From contig NC_045696.1 of the NCBI RefSeq assembly GCF_009834535.1, positions 80,850,001-80,914,000 of the forward strand: a stretch of DNA of 64,000 nt, read 5' to 3'. The DNA is from Camelus ferus (taxonomy: Eukaryota). A program made the translations under genes and the position numbers. Shown here piece after piece: positions 39,445 to 53,094 of this stretch. Below the pieces are notes generated by a model. The model was given only the letters and a program-made list of their open reading frames with translations. It made no database searches and was not told the origin of the DNA. Numbering within the stretch: position 1 is the first letter of the stretch; each line of letters opens with the position of its first letter.

Positions 39445-40415
39445 TAAGTTCCAGTGTTGGATCTTTAAGAAGTGTGTGAAAAGTTGAGCATTAACATTTG
39501 ATTTATCGGCATGCCAAGGTGATGGAGCTCGCCTGGCTTCACTGATAGCTGCTTTTCTTCCCTCTACACAAAACAGAGTATCTTGCTACATTAAACAAAG
39601 GGTGGCAACTGCTCCTACCTCCTCCTCATGGGTTTATAGCACAGATGTCCCCTAACCCCATGGGAGGGGTGTTTAACAGAGGTAGTAAATATGATATGTG
39701 GGAGAATGCATTAAAAATCAAATATCCAAGATCCCCTCTTCAATCACTTGTAGAAGTTAGCTGTTTCACTTACTTTCATGACTAAAAATAATACTGTGTA
39801 AAATGTATGTTATGTACCAAGACTGAAATCAACTTAATGATTATTTTTGTTCACAACGCAAGCTTGATGTTACTAAGAGCTTAACTTTTTCAGTAAAGAG
39901 GTTTGTTAGTAGTTGCTTTAAGTTTTTTGTTTGTTTAGCCATTATTACTGTTCTTTCTTTTCACATCTTTCAAAATCAAGATATTTCTCTTTCCAAAGTA
40001 GTAGCTTTGCTCTGCTTCTTTGCGTGGCATGGTCGTAGAACTGGAGGTGAAGGGATAACAAAAACCTTGGAATCTGGGGGTGAGCACCTCCAATGGTCTC
40101 AAAAGCAGCCGAACCTTCCTCCTGCAGGCATTTTTCATGATAACTGGAGGGACCACTTAGCATGTAGAGCCAGAAGCCTCCTAAGCAGGATGCTTAAGGT
40201 CCTGCAGTGTGTGCAACAGAATTATGTATGCTACCCCCAGAGCCAAGAGGCCTCCATCTGACCAGATGCTTTTAAAGATTAGCTGCTGGAGTGCTCAGCC
40301 TAGTGAACATGGCATTGAGCAGAGGAAAAAGTGAGAATGAAACAGTTTATTTAGTACCAAGTTGTGAGGCTGTGTTAGCTAAGTGTGAGTTGGAAATTTG
40401 AAGATGATGGGTTAA

Positions 40416-40526
<111 letters not shown>

Positions 40527-40767
40527 TAGGACTTAGGAGTTTTGTGTGTTTGTCTTAATAAACTGGATATTTGGGGGGTTTTTACATACTAGTTTTCAAT
40601 TATAAATTCTCTGAAAGTCATGGTAGAGCAAATTTTAAATTATTTGAAGTTCCAAGTTTCAACATCTGTTTAAACATTCTACTCAAACTTGGGCTTGTAG
40701 GCAGAGTGTGCAAATTATATTATATATGCGAAAACCCAGTGAGCCATAGGAGTCAAAAATTGGTCAG

Positions 40768-41742
40768 CCAAAGAACATAGACAGTGGCCAATAAGCACAT
40801 GTAAATATGCTCAACATCACTAGTCATTAGGGAAATGTAAATCAAAACCACAATGATAGACAACCTCACACATGCTAGGATGGCTGTAATAAAAAAGGTG
40901 GACAATAGCAAGTGCTGATAAGGATGTAGAGAAATTGGAACTCTCACACATTGCTGGTGAAAATGCAGTGGTGCAGCCACTTTGGAAAACAGTGTGGCAG
41001 TTTCTCAAAATGTTAAACATAGAGTCACCATATGCTCCAGCAAGTCCACTCCTAGCTATTTCCAAAGAGAATTGAAAAAAATATGCCTATATTAAAACTG
41101 ATAAATGGATATTCATAGGAGCATTATTTAGAGTAGCCAAAAAGTGTAAACAACCCAAATATCCATCAGCTGATGGACAGTTAAACAAAATGTGGTATAT
41201 CCATATGGTGGAATATTATTTGGCCATAAAAAGGAATGGGTATATTGTTTCTTTTTGGAAAGTATCTGGAATTAGATGGCCATGATGGTTGCACAAATTT
41301 GTGAATATATTAAAAAACCACTGAATGTGCACTTTTAAAGGGTGAATTTTATATTATGTGAATTATATTTGAATAAAATTTTTAAAATTTTAATGAAAAG
41401 AGAGGAATGCAGTACTGATACATGTTATATCATGAATGAACCTTGAAAACATTACACTAAGCAAATAAAAACAGATACAAAAGGTCACATATTATATGAA
41501 TCTATTCATATGAAATGTCCAGAATAAATAGTTCTGTAGAGACAGAGTAGATTAGTGGTTTCCAGGGGCTGCAGGGAGAGGAGAATGGGGAATGACTACT
41601 GATGGGTATAGGGTTTCTTTTTGGGTGATGAGAATGTTCTAGAATTAGGTATTAGTGGTGATGGTGTGCACATTTACAAATATACTAAACTAAAATATAC
41701 TAAAACCACACTAAACTGTACATTAAAAAAAACTAAAAAAAT
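40768..41742 (+). mobile_element. L1MB-like 3' fragment (ORF2 end + 3'UTR) with a nested second L1 tail at ~41239-41400
   Basis: aagcacatgtaaatatgctcaacatcactagtcattagggaaatg...aaatgtggtatatccat...gtagattagtggtttccaggggctg; perfect 13 bp TSD aaaaattggtcag (40755-40767, 41743-41755). Confidence 0.9.
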
Positions 41743-42002
41743 AAAAATTGGTCAGAGTTCAGGGATAATTTTAGAGTTATATTTATGAGAATGTATATTA
41801 TGGTAAGTGTGATACACACAGAGAACTTTAATTCAAATCCCATGTCCTACCTAACTAAAGACACCTTGTGGAGCAGTATTCTTATCTGATTCTTATTTGT
41901 TCCTGAAAGCATGTATCACAATGTTTTGAACATAATAGACAATAACTGTTTGTTGCAATAATAATTTACCAGGAATTTGAAAAACATTAAGAAATACATG
42001 TT

Positions 42003-42138
42003 GTGGGGATGGCATAGCTGAGTGGTAGAGTGCATGCGTACTTGGCATGCACAAGGTCCTGTGTTCAATCCCCAATATTTCCACTAAAAAAATAAATAAA
42101 TAAATAAACCTAATTACTACCCGCCACCAAAAACAAAC
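42003..42138 (+). mobile_element. tRNA-derived SINE, camelid Vic-1-like
   Basis: A-box-like tagctgagtgg, B-box-like gttcaatccc, internal stem gtgcatgc...gcatgcac, (aaat)n tail; 14 bp TSD aagaaatacatgtt (41989-42002) / aagaaatacgtgtt (42139-42152). Confidence 0.85.
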
Positions 42139-42489
42139 AAGAAATACGTGTTATTTCTCTAACCTTGAAAAAGATACATGAACTCATGTATAAATGTGAA
42201 ATTGAACTATGTGCATATTAAAAATATATAAACTTAAAACTAGCCTCTACCTTTAAACATATTTCAGATGCAATACCAGCAAAACATACCATTGAGTTAG
42301 GCTCTTATTTTCTGTTTTGAAAGGATAGAAGAAATTAGAAGGAAAAAAATCAAGAGATTAGTATAGAAACATTTGAAAATTTCTGTGCTACAAAAAATTT
42401 TTTTTACTAAAATAAAAAGAGAAATAATAGACTAGGAAATACTTATTTTCAAATAAACTTCTGTAACTTATATAAATGTCCCCAGAAAC

Positions 42490-43156
42490 TTAGGGTATAA
42501 GTAACATCACAGGCAATTCAGAGACTCCCACTTGAGGTATCTTCCCATCCCCACCCACCCCCAGTTTCACAGAACCCTGGGAAACCCTGGGGAACACTAA
42601 ATACCAACCCCGGAGAGGAATGGAGTATAAGCCAGCCTGTTCCTGCCCCCGCTTCCTGCCCCATGCTGTGCCTCTCTGGGAGGCAGGGCTTCCCAGCCCA
42701 CTGGGGCCTGGATGCAGATTCTTCCGGACTGCTCCTCCCCAGTCATCAGCTTTGCCTAAGTCTGCTTCTGAGTGCCAAGTACAGATTTTGGATTGCAAGC
42801 ACCTGTGGGTCTTTGACTGAAGGCTTGCTTTGGGCTCCCTGAGCAGAGCAAGCTGGAAGTGTTTGCAGCCCCCAGGAGCAGCCCGCAGCCAGGAGCTGGC
42901 AGGAGTCCAGTCCCCTACCCCACTCTAGTGGGGTGGTTCTGCAGCAAGCTCTGCACTGTCTCCGGGAGTTCACCAGTGGGTTGGCAGCCCAACTGCCCAC
43001 AATCAAGTGCATGAAAACATATCTTCCCTTTCTGCTCTTCCTTCCTGTCCTCCCCTTCGTGTACTTCTTAGTAAACTCCCTAATAAGTCCCTTTCCAACC
43101 TGCTTTCACTTGCATCCTTGTCTCAGTTGACTTCTGGAGCAACTCTACCTAAGACA
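42490..43156 (+). mobile_element. Ancient ERVL-type solo LTR (LTR16/LTR33-like)
   Basis: Typical 3' end ...aaactccctaataagtccc...tgtctcagttgacttctggagcaactctacctaagaca; 5' boundary approximate. Confidence 0.55.
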
Positions 43157-43184
43157 TCTACTCAAGCAACGGAAGTCTTGATCT

Positions 43185-43450
43185 GTCATTTATTCAGTCA
43201 TTTATTGAGTACCTAATGTTTGCCAGGCTGTGTTCTAGCCGCAGTGTGAACCGTGGTGAACAGGACAAGGTCCCTGCACTCACGGAGCAATACTGGAGGG
43301 AATGCAGGCAGTGGAGAGGCTGACAAGCAATGTGAATGACATCAGTGCAGGTGCTGATCAGAGCCTTGAGGGGAAAAGAAGGCAATGGGGTAGTGAGGGA
43401 CTTGAGGACTGCGGAGGGCGACTTCAGCTCCAGGAGCCAAGGGACTGACG
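43185..43450 (-). mobile_element. L2 LINE 3' end
   Basis: tcatttattcagtcatttattgagtacctaatgtttgccaggctgtgttctag...caggacaaggtccctgcactcacggag. Confidence 0.8.
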
Positions 43451-43539
43451 TTTGAGTTGTAACCTCTGTAAGAAGGGGCAGCCCAAAAAGATGTGGGGTA
43501 GACTTTGTCATATAAAGGAAATATACCTCCTCCACTTTT

Positions 43540-43870
43540 TAAATTTTGGATTAAATCAGACATCAACCAGAACAATCTAAAAAGATATGATTCTCCCTGG
43601 AATGAAATGTGTCATCATTTAAAATTGTATAAATCTTTCCATGGAAATTGAAGCCTTGGTTCCATATTAGTAAGTATTTCCAGGGTCACATTCATGTGAT
43701 ATAAAATATCAGCACCGAAAAAGGATGATAAGACGCAGCTGACAATGTGTGTTTAGGACGCTTCCCACACTAGGAGGGTTACTTTCAAGGGCAACACTAG
43801 GTCATAACTCTCTTTTATTTTTGTTTCCATAAAAAAAACCATTCTGATTACTTTATATATCCTATATTGA
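43540..43870 (+). mobile_element. Degenerate mariner-type element (MARNA-like)
   Basis: gggttactttcaagggcaacact...aaaaaccattctgattactttata resembles the MARNA 3' end as I recall it. Confidence 0.45.
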
Positions 43871-44719
43871 CAAATTGACATCGGGCAAACAGGGCAATCA
43901 AACTTTCAGTCAAGTCTCTTGATGACCTTGTCTCAGCCACAAATATAAAAAACAAAAAATGACAAACCCAGCAAACATTTCTTCCCACAATTTAAAACAT
44001 CTGCTTAAACAGCACATCCTATTGATGGACCACATGATAAGTTTCTTAGCTCAAGTAATGTCTTAAGAGAAAGAGATAAAGAGCTTTTAAGAAGTAAATT
44101 TCACATTTGCTGAACTATGAGCTATACCAAGAATTACAATTTTTAGACAGTGACTAAATGATTTTCTTTACTCTTTGGGACCTATTTGTGCAGCCATTAT
44201 TTAGGCAAGAGGGCTGCTTTACCTGAAGACTTACTCTGGGCCCTGGGAAGAAACCCGTGGACATGACACACATTCCCTACTCTCCGGGATCTCACTGTCT
44301 AGGGGAGGGGCGATCATACACAAGCAGACAAATAAATAGTTCCAGAGAGTGCTAAGTGCTATGAATAAGCTAAACAGGATGGAGGAGGGGCTGCATAGGT
44401 GCCCAGGAAAGCCTCCCCATAGAAGAATGTTCAAGCAAAGGGTTGATTGACAGGAAGGAACCACCCATGGGAGAATCTAGAAGAAATAATTTCTAGATGA
44501 GGAATAGCAAGTGTGGAAGCCCAAAGAACAAGTTTAGCAAGTCTGAGGACCAGCCAGACCAACATTTGGAGAGAACAGTAGATGAGGCTCAGAAGGTGAT
44601 GGCTGGATCACGTGGGTCTAGCTGTGTTTTAATGACATGGCAGTTAGTAGCACAGGTGGAAGGCACCTTGCTAGAACAGACCATAATCTCATCTGGTTTA
44701 GAACAAGAGCATTCATAAA

Positions 44720-44930
44720 ACACTCACATTTATTGGTGCCAGGCATTGTGCTATGCAATATACATGAATCATCTCAGTGAATCCTCACAGACACTTATGA
44801 ACTGGCCATTACTGTTATTCTCGCTTTCTGGATTTAGACCTCAGGCTCAGTTACCCAAGATCACACAGGTGAGTGGCAGAACCAGAACTGGAGCCCAGGG
44901 AGGCTGACTTCAAGGCAGATGCTTAATCCC
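44720..44930 (-). mobile_element. MIR SINE
   Basis: catttattggtgccaggcattgtgctatgc...aatcctcacag...cccaagatcacacaggtgagtggcagaaccagaactggagcccagg. Confidence 0.8.
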
Positions 44931-46799
44931 TTTGCAGCAGGTGATGACTTCCAGAAGGCTGCTTGATGGAGTCCTTTCTTGATGTGTATCTTCCTGTTAG
45001 AGAAAAAAATCTATTGACAAAAGAGAGAAAAGGAAGAAACCAGGAGAGATTTACTGAATGACATAATTAAGAAGAGCTTTAAATAAAGGCCAGGCATCAA
45101 TTCATCTGATATCCAATGACTGTTACAGAGAACAACTCATCGTTGTTAAAACAGAAACCATTAACTTTTGCCGTCAGCTTGCAAAATCCAGTAGTCATTC
45201 CTAAACAGTTCTGTATTTCCAGGCTGCCACATCTTGAAGGAGCCGAGGAGGAACTGTTTCACATAGGATACAATGATAACGGCACCCCCAGCTTTGAACC
45301 GTGGCCTGGCCCCGCCATACACTCAGCCCTCTCATTTCTGCTGCTGAATGTGGCATCAGAGCCTCTGCAAATGAGAGAAAAGTGCCTATTCCTGCAGGAT
45401 GGTGCAGTAGACACCACGCCTCCTTCAGCAGGTGTCTTGGTGCAGGGCACATCTCCACAGTGGTAGCTGGTGGCCTATTCCAGATGGCGTGTTTTGCAGC
45501 CCGTGGCCCTGGTGATTATGCCCTGAGCCTATGATTTGTTCTGTAATGCCAGCGATGGGAACTGTACACTGGGCAGGGGTTATTCCATCACCATCCCACA
45601 CTGTTGTCTTTGGTGTGGATGGAGCTCTGGCCAGAGCGAGCTCTGATGCCATTCAGGTATCCTTGCTTCCAGGCAGGCCACTTCCCAAGTCTGGTATGTG
45701 TGACTTTCTTTTGCAGACTGGCAAACCTGCCAGCTGTGGTTTTCAAAGCCTGTGGTTCCTTCCCAGTCAGCAGCACAGCTCACCAGTGCCCTGGGCCCGG
45801 CCCCTGCCATCTGCTTTCTAGCTTGCATCAGAAGTCAAGCTGGGACAAGGGACTGCAGCCAGAGTGGGACTTTTACCAGATATATGATCCAGCAACTCTC
45901 TTTCAGCCTTAACTGACTTTTATCAACAGGCAGCTACATGTCTGGACTCATAACTCAACCCCATCAGAATAACTGAGTTACCATTTGATATCATGGCCTT
46001 GGCATTTATATTGAGCAGGATTATGAGAATTCTTATAAAATGTATTGTTTCTACATTTGCTGAAAATTTTTGAGAATGTTATCCATGAATATTGTTCAGT
46101 TGCCTTATGTTAGGTTCCAAGTGAGAGACTTCCTTTGGAATTTAGTTTTTTGGTGAGAGACCTCTTTATTTCTAATTTATTCATTTGATAGGAAAAACCA
46201 GGAAGCGCAAGCCCACATGGGCGTGCTTCACCATGATTGTACTAGCATTGCGGTTAGGTGTTTGCTTTCTGTGACCTTGATGCTTTTCCTTTTATTAACC
46301 GTCTCACATGTATGTCCTTTACTGTATTATCCTAAATCCATCCCACACCCTTTTTATTGGGAAGGACACAGCCTACATATTAAAAAAACAAATGAATGAA
46401 GTGACACTGGGTGGAAATCCATGTAGATTTTTCTACATTAAATCCCAAATCCGAGAGCCACTGAAATGTAATGTAGTTAGCAGCTTCAGTAATGATTTAT
46501 TATAGATTTCTTTTAAATGCTGAGTTCCCACGTTACATTTACAACATTACTTAGTTCATGTTCAGGTGTTCTGGCCTTATCTATTTCATAATGTGCTGTG
46601 CATTGCCTGATAAGTGATATAATACTCCCACCGATACTTTATTTAGTTATCAGCCAATTCACTTGATCACTCCACAACTGCAGGTAAATATGTTAGACGC
46701 CGCTTGACAAAGTTGCCATTTGTTTTCACTTTAAATCAGTCCCACCCTTTCTCACTCTTTCCACTGTCAGTGTCACACCTTTCATCTGCATCTCTACCA

Positions 46800-47210
46800 C
46801 TGGATGTGTGGTCCTAACCTTATGGATCTGTTAGAATGCAGAATCTTAGGCCCGCCCCGGACCTACTGAATCAGAATCTGCATTTGAACAGGGTCCCCTG
46901 ACGGTGCATATTGACACGAGGTGTGAGAAGCACTGTTCCCTATTGTTGGCAGTGACTTGCTAACCTGCTACATACAGTACATCCCTCTTTATCCTTCATA
47001 CTTTCTTTCTAAAACATAGTTCCCGATTTATTGTCCCACTGCCTAGCAGGGGCATGAAGTTTCCCTTATTTAATAAGTACCTAGGTCTTGGTAGAAACAC
47101 AGGCCTTTTTAATGGATCTGCGTTGGGGCCTGGAAATCTACTATTTTTTTTTTTTTTTTAACAAACATCTCAGGAGGTTCTGATGATCAGGCAAGTTGAG
47201 AGAACACTGG
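46800..47210. mobile_element. MER5-family fragments (two pieces)
   Basis: gttagaatgcagaatcttaggcccgccccggacctactgaatcagaatctgcattt...gagaagcactg; then ggggcctggaaatc...aacaaacatctcaggaggttctgatg...ttgagagaacactgg. Confidence 0.75.
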
Positions 47211-48265
47211 TTCCATGATATAAAGTCGGCCTCCTTCACTGTGGCCTTCAAACCCTCCTCAGTGTGGCCTTTGCCTGTTTCCTTCCCCCTGCCCTCATCC
47301 GCCCATTTTCCCTAGCTGCAGCCCAGGAAACCCTCGCCTCCCCAGACGTTCTCCTAATACCTGCAGCGTTTCCACACCTTAGTGCCTTTGCTGACTCCTC
47401 CCTCCATGGGGGATGTACACCTCCACCACCCCTTTGGGCTCTGCCTGATGTGTTCCTTCCTGGCTTCACTCAAACATCAGCTTTTTGGGAAAATGCCATT
47501 AGCCCATTCTCTTAGAACAAAAGACCCCTCCTCCTTATGCACGTCCCTGTTTGCTTTCTTATCCTAAGACCTGTCCCATTCGGGCTGGAACTGTCGCTGT
47601 TTGTGCCCCACTGGCCTAACTAGCTCCTTTGAGAACATGTCTGATTTGTCTTTGTGCCGTTTCTACCTCTGCCCTAACTCCCGGCTTATCACTGTATTTT
47701 TCCATCACGAAGCCCTTACACGTATACTGGATTGAATGCACATACACTTTGGAGAGATCATGTGCCCCTGAGCATCATTTATTAATGGTCCTTAAAGCCC
47801 CAAATGATTTGAAATGAACAAGAGAGTACGTAGAGCACTGGGTGCTTCCTGGATTTTTAAAAGGGGGATTTTACTTACCAAGAGACTGATTTGCTTCTTT
47901 GATGCTAGTTTATTTTAGCAAACACCAACCCATTCCATTTTCCCCACAGCCATGGCTTGTGCTGGGCGTCCCGTGAGTACCATCTGCACATGTCAGGGCC
48001 TTTCTTCCAGGCTTTGCCATTAGTGTTTAAAGAGCTAATGAATGGTCTCGAATTGCTTGGTGCCAGCACTTCTTAGAAAAACATAATAGAAAGATTTTTT
48101 ATTTTTTTGTATCACAGTGATTTTTTAAAAAATAAATTCCCTTGTAAAAAATAAAAGCATGTCTGTTGTCTGCTAGAATGTATGCTTCAGACCTGTCATA
48201 ATAATTTGTTCCTTTTGTTTCCATAGTTCAGTACAACTTTAAAACTGCTTACTTCCTTCTCACAG

Positions 48266-48418
48266 GTGGTTGATAGTGAAGGACTCCTTTTTACTGTACA
48301 TGAAACCAGACAGCGGTGCCATTGCCTTCGTCCTGCTGGTAGACAAAGAATTCAGAATTAAGATGGGCAGGAAGGAGACGGAGACGAAATACGGACTCCG
48401 AATTGATAATCTTTCAAG
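48266..48418 (+). CDS. PLD1: PLD1 coding exon 8 (PH domain, aa 253-304)
   Basis: Acceptor ttccttctcacag; (R)[50 protein letters not shown](R); donor AG|gtagaa; 153 nt, cumulative 911. Confidence 0.97.
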
Positions 48419-50169
48419 GTAGAAATTACAAATACTTTAAAAAGACTTCTCCGGAAAACAGAGTTATTCTCCCAACCTTAAGTGAAGAAGAAGGTGAAAT
48501 AATTTAGATGGTAGAAAATTGTGATTTAGAACTTCATCCTCAATCAAAAGAAATGAATCTACTTTTGTTTTTATATATTTTTTAAGAATAGAATATCCTG
48601 TATGCAAGAGTCAGAATAAATGATCCCGTGTGTCACTGTATGCCTGTTTATAACAAAATATATGCCTGTTGTAACAAGACTCACTACTCAGTAATACCGA
48701 TTTTACCCAGCAAATAAATTAAGGAGTGATAGTTCATATTTTAAGAAGTAAAATTTTACTTTATAAACTGATATCCTTTAATTAACAAAACATGTAAAAA
48801 GCAGTTTGATTTACAAAAATTCTGTTTACACACAGATTTTAAGAAAGATACTGTGAAAGGATACTCAAGTGTACATTTACTATAGATTTTATTAGTGAGT
48901 GTGTGTGTGTTGATAAATATGTTTCTTTTGGCAGATAATAGTTATACAATATATGTGTGTCTTTCTGTCTGTATATATTTGTCTCTATAAAGTTCAACCT
49001 GATGTCTATGAATGTATATGCGTTTCTCTCTACACACACTGACTGATATAAAAACATACATATTTATATGTAAATATATTACTCCTACTAATAAACGCTT
49101 GCATGTGTGTTTGTGTACTTGTAAAAAAATGCTGAACTTCCTGATCTCTGACAATAAAAGGTTCAGGATTGGTTGTTGGAAACGTGATGGCGCTGCCGTC
49201 TCCCTCCTGGTACTACGTTCCTGTTTCCCGAGGACCACAGACATCAGGCTGCGGTTCTCATTGGTCACTGTAACAGTTACTTTACCAGCAGTCTTATCTC
49301 CATTTCATCCTCACTCATCTGTGCACTGTTGCCAAATAAATCCACAGAGATGCAGGTTTCTTCTGCTTCCTCCTTGGTATAAGTGGGCCTCCTCATTTTA
49401 TCAAATAAACCCAAACTCCTCCATTTACAGTTGAAGCCCTTTTGTCTCTGTGCCTTTAGTTGCACCCTCTCTGTAAGGCAGCCTCTCAGGTCTTCACCAT
49501 CCCTTCTCACACATTTTATTACGGCCTCTTCACCTTTCCTCTTCCTATTTCCGTGTTTGGAATAGATTTTTTTTCTTCACTCTGATTCATGTCCTGTGAC
49601 AAGACCTCTGCTTGTCACTTACGTCTTCCACAAAATCTTTTTCTCATAACTGGTTTTCAGAGGCATTTCAGCTCAGTTGGAGTAGTACTTGCATGATGGC
49701 TCAAACCCCGGCACTGTCTGTGCCCTCTTGACTCTGCTGGCAGAAACCGTGTCCGCTCTGCCACCGAGTTGATGCCTCGCTGCTCCCGGCACCACCACAC
49801 CCCAGAGCATTAGCCACCCAGACAAAAGCGCAAGCATCAGTCTTTGACGTATCGAGGGGACCAGTTTGGACATCTCTAATCCTTTTAAATAATGATTTTA
49901 GGGTCTGTGAATATAGCGCCTTCCCTGCTTCTCACATGATCGTTGCGTTTCCCCAAAAAGGCAAACTCTCCCTCCTCACTTGCAGTGCTCTTCTTATATT
50001 GGGGGTGGGTTTCTCCCTACATGGTAGAGAGACTGCTGGCTCCAACACCTTCTTTGAATAACTTATTTTCACCTGTTGGTGGCAGTCACCAATTCTGACA
50101 TTTGACATGTGATAATGACTTTTTTAATCTCCTGTTTTGAATTTTTTTTCAGCACCTATAAATCTGTAA

Positions 50170-50640
50170 CCATGTGGGGTAGTTTAGTCACTGGAGATAG
50201 AAAAGTCCAATGCAGTCTGGCTTACGTCAGAGGTAATCATCAGCCACGTTAGGCACGGCTGATTCCAAGGTTCAGCCTATGTCACTGAGACACATTTTCC
50301 TGGCCCTTCTCAGCTCCAGCTCCTGTGCATCTGCTCCATCCTCAGGCTGGTCCCCTGGTGGTAGCAAGATGACTGGCCTCTTACACTCAGACCAAGTTCA
50401 GTGGAAGGGAAAGAATCTCTTCCTGGTGTTTCTGAGCAAGTCCTTGGATTTGTTTTCACTAGTGGGTGGAGTTGGCTTATGTACTCAGCCCTGAACCAGT
50501 CTTTGGGATCAAGGGCTGGAAGGTACCGTTTTGTTGGCTTTGGTGAACTCAGAGTAGGGAACGGATTCACCTCCTAAAGCACAATCAGGATGTTTCCAGA
50601 GGCCGAGGGAATGGACACCAGGAAGCCCAAAGGGAAATGT
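50170..50640. mobile_element. MaLR (MLT1-like) LTR remnant
   Basis: Degenerate motifs ggtagcaagatgactggc..., cagccctgaaccagtc...gggctggaagg; boundaries approximate. Confidence 0.45.
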
Positions 50641-51012
50641 CCTCCCCAGGAGCCAACAACTCTCTAACCCTTAGATGCAGGACCTTACCTCATGCCTCTG
50701 CCACTGTCCCCCTCACAGCCTGGCACTGCTAGCTGTAAGCCTATAGTAAGTGCCTTTACACACGTTCGCATGAGTGAATGGGGGAATGAGTAACCTGAGC
50801 GTTTGCTTTTGCTACATTGAATATACCTTTAAATCCTGCCAAAAATGTTCAAAAGTCTGCTCTTTTGACATGACTAAGGTGCTCTTTGCCTAAAACTTCC
50901 AACTTATGTTTGCTGCAGTACCGAACAAAATGGGACATGGTTAATTTTTAAATTGTTTAAAGAGATAGAACCCAGAGTGACCATTCTTTCCCACATTTTG
51001 CTTTTCTTTTGA

Positions 51013-51165
<153 letters not shown>

Positions 51166-51842
51166 TAAGATCTTTTTGCTCTAAGACTGTCAAAGTAGCC
51201 AGTAACATTTAAAATTATGGTGGTCTAAAATCCACCTGGAATCAGTATTTGAAGCTGTGAAAAGATATGCATTATACTTAACAAGGGCCTTTCTTTATAG
51301 GATGACCTGAGCATAGATTCGTTTTCCAATTTTTTCTTTTACAGTTTTTTTACAGTGAACTTTAGATAGTTAACTTCAGATTTTGAAGTTTGATTTTAAA
51401 AGCTAACCTCATACATTTTCTTAGTGATGCAAAAGAAGGTTTATTAAAGTCATTAGCCATAATTTAAGAAAGAGGGTTTACTTGCTAGATATTTCTTTTA
51501 AATAAAATCCAGCTTAGCATATTTTTCTACCCATGAATTAGAAACTGGCTTTGCTTTCAGTCTCAGAAGAACAACCACGTATGAGTTCAACAGGATGGAA
51601 GAGTTCCATCTGACCCCATCTGATGGTGAGACCCATCAGTTTGTGATTCTCTCACGGAGAAGAATCAGGTTGCCTCCTTCTCTCTGCTCACTGCACTTCC
51701 TGTATAGCAGACAGAAGGCATTGCTTTCAATCCTTGTTTTCCACGTATATAAACTGGCGATTTTGTGGAGACTTAAGTAGTGGCTTCCATCCTTCATTTT
51801 GCAATATGATAGATGTCTTTTTTTTTTCCATTTAAAAAATGA

Positions 51843-52034
<192 letters not shown>

Positions 52035-52874
52035 TGAAAACCAGGCAGTACTCACAGATGGTGTGGCCGAAGTCTCAACACATTAACTGTAATAGCCTCC
52101 AGTGAAAGGTCTTTTCAAAACACCTGGCATCCATATATATTCTTAAAATATTTAACTTGAACAATTTTGTTTTTGTCTTTCCATTTAGAAGCGGATACTC
52201 AATATTCATTTTAGTAAAGATTATGTTGCAATGCAAATACAGGTGTAGAGGTAATGGAAAATAAGCTTCCTTGAATGTCTTTCCTCATATTGGTTTATCT
52301 GTCACCAGGTCCAGTGAATATACTGCTTCTGAATTTTCCCTTTGAAATTGAAATATTTCCATTTGCTATTACTATTAAAATGTGCTTGGTAGTTACTAGG
52401 CGGTCAGCTTTTTTTGGAGATGCATCAGGTTTCAACTTCTTACCCCCTTTAAAGTCATCCATGAGAGTTATGATGATTATTAGAGCCACTGGAAGTCTCA
52501 TATCTAAAACCCATTAGCCCTTGGGAAATTTTACTCCTGGAGTTGGTGTAGACTTTGTAGTCTGACATAAGTCTCAATTACCCATCTGTCTAGACGGTGA
52601 AAACCCATTGTAGATGCTAACATTTGCTACAATGGAAATATTGAAAATGTCTAAAATATGTTTTCCTTCTAAGAACTTTGGTGCTTGAAATGCCCCTTAT
52701 TTTTCCCTATCCTGTTTCCTTCCAAATTCTTCCTTATATATGAGCTGTAGAAATATCACCATAACCCATTTCCTCCTAATTCTAGATTTTGGGGGGAGGG
52801 GAAAGTCATTAGGAATGTCAACTCATCTTCTTCTGCTGTTTTGCCTCGGTGGTGTGGAAATCTATAACTCTAGG

Positions 52875-53094
52875 GCATGTTTTCCCAACCTTGGCACTAT
52901 TGACATTTTGGACCAGATATTACTTTGTTATGGGGGGTTGTTCTGCTCATTGTGGGATATTCAGCACCATCAGCATCCCTGGCTTTTATCCACTAGATGC
53001 CAGTAGCAAACTCCCAGTCTTGATCACCCAAATGTCTTAAGACATTGCCAGATGTCCCCTGGGGAGCACAGTCCCTCTTGGTTGAGAATCATTG
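52875..53094. mobile_element. MER20 hAT-Charlie DNA transposon
   Basis: ttcccaaccttggcactattgacattttggaccagat...cactagatgccagtagc...gacattgccagatgtcccctgggg...ggttgagaatcattg. Confidence 0.85.

Noticed and set aside
42003..42080. tRNA-like sequence
   Set aside because: Has an A-rich tail and TSD and lacks a proper acceptor stem: a SINE, not a tRNA gene.
45116..45912. Cluster of overlapping 60-116 aa ORFs on both strands
   Set aside because: No recognisable protein similarity, no poly-A or TSD of a retrocopy; explained by locally higher GC.
49660..49716. Possible A-box/B-box pair (cagctcagttgg...ggctcaaaccc)
   Set aside because: Too short and degenerate, with no tail or TSD; not supportable as tRNA or SINE.
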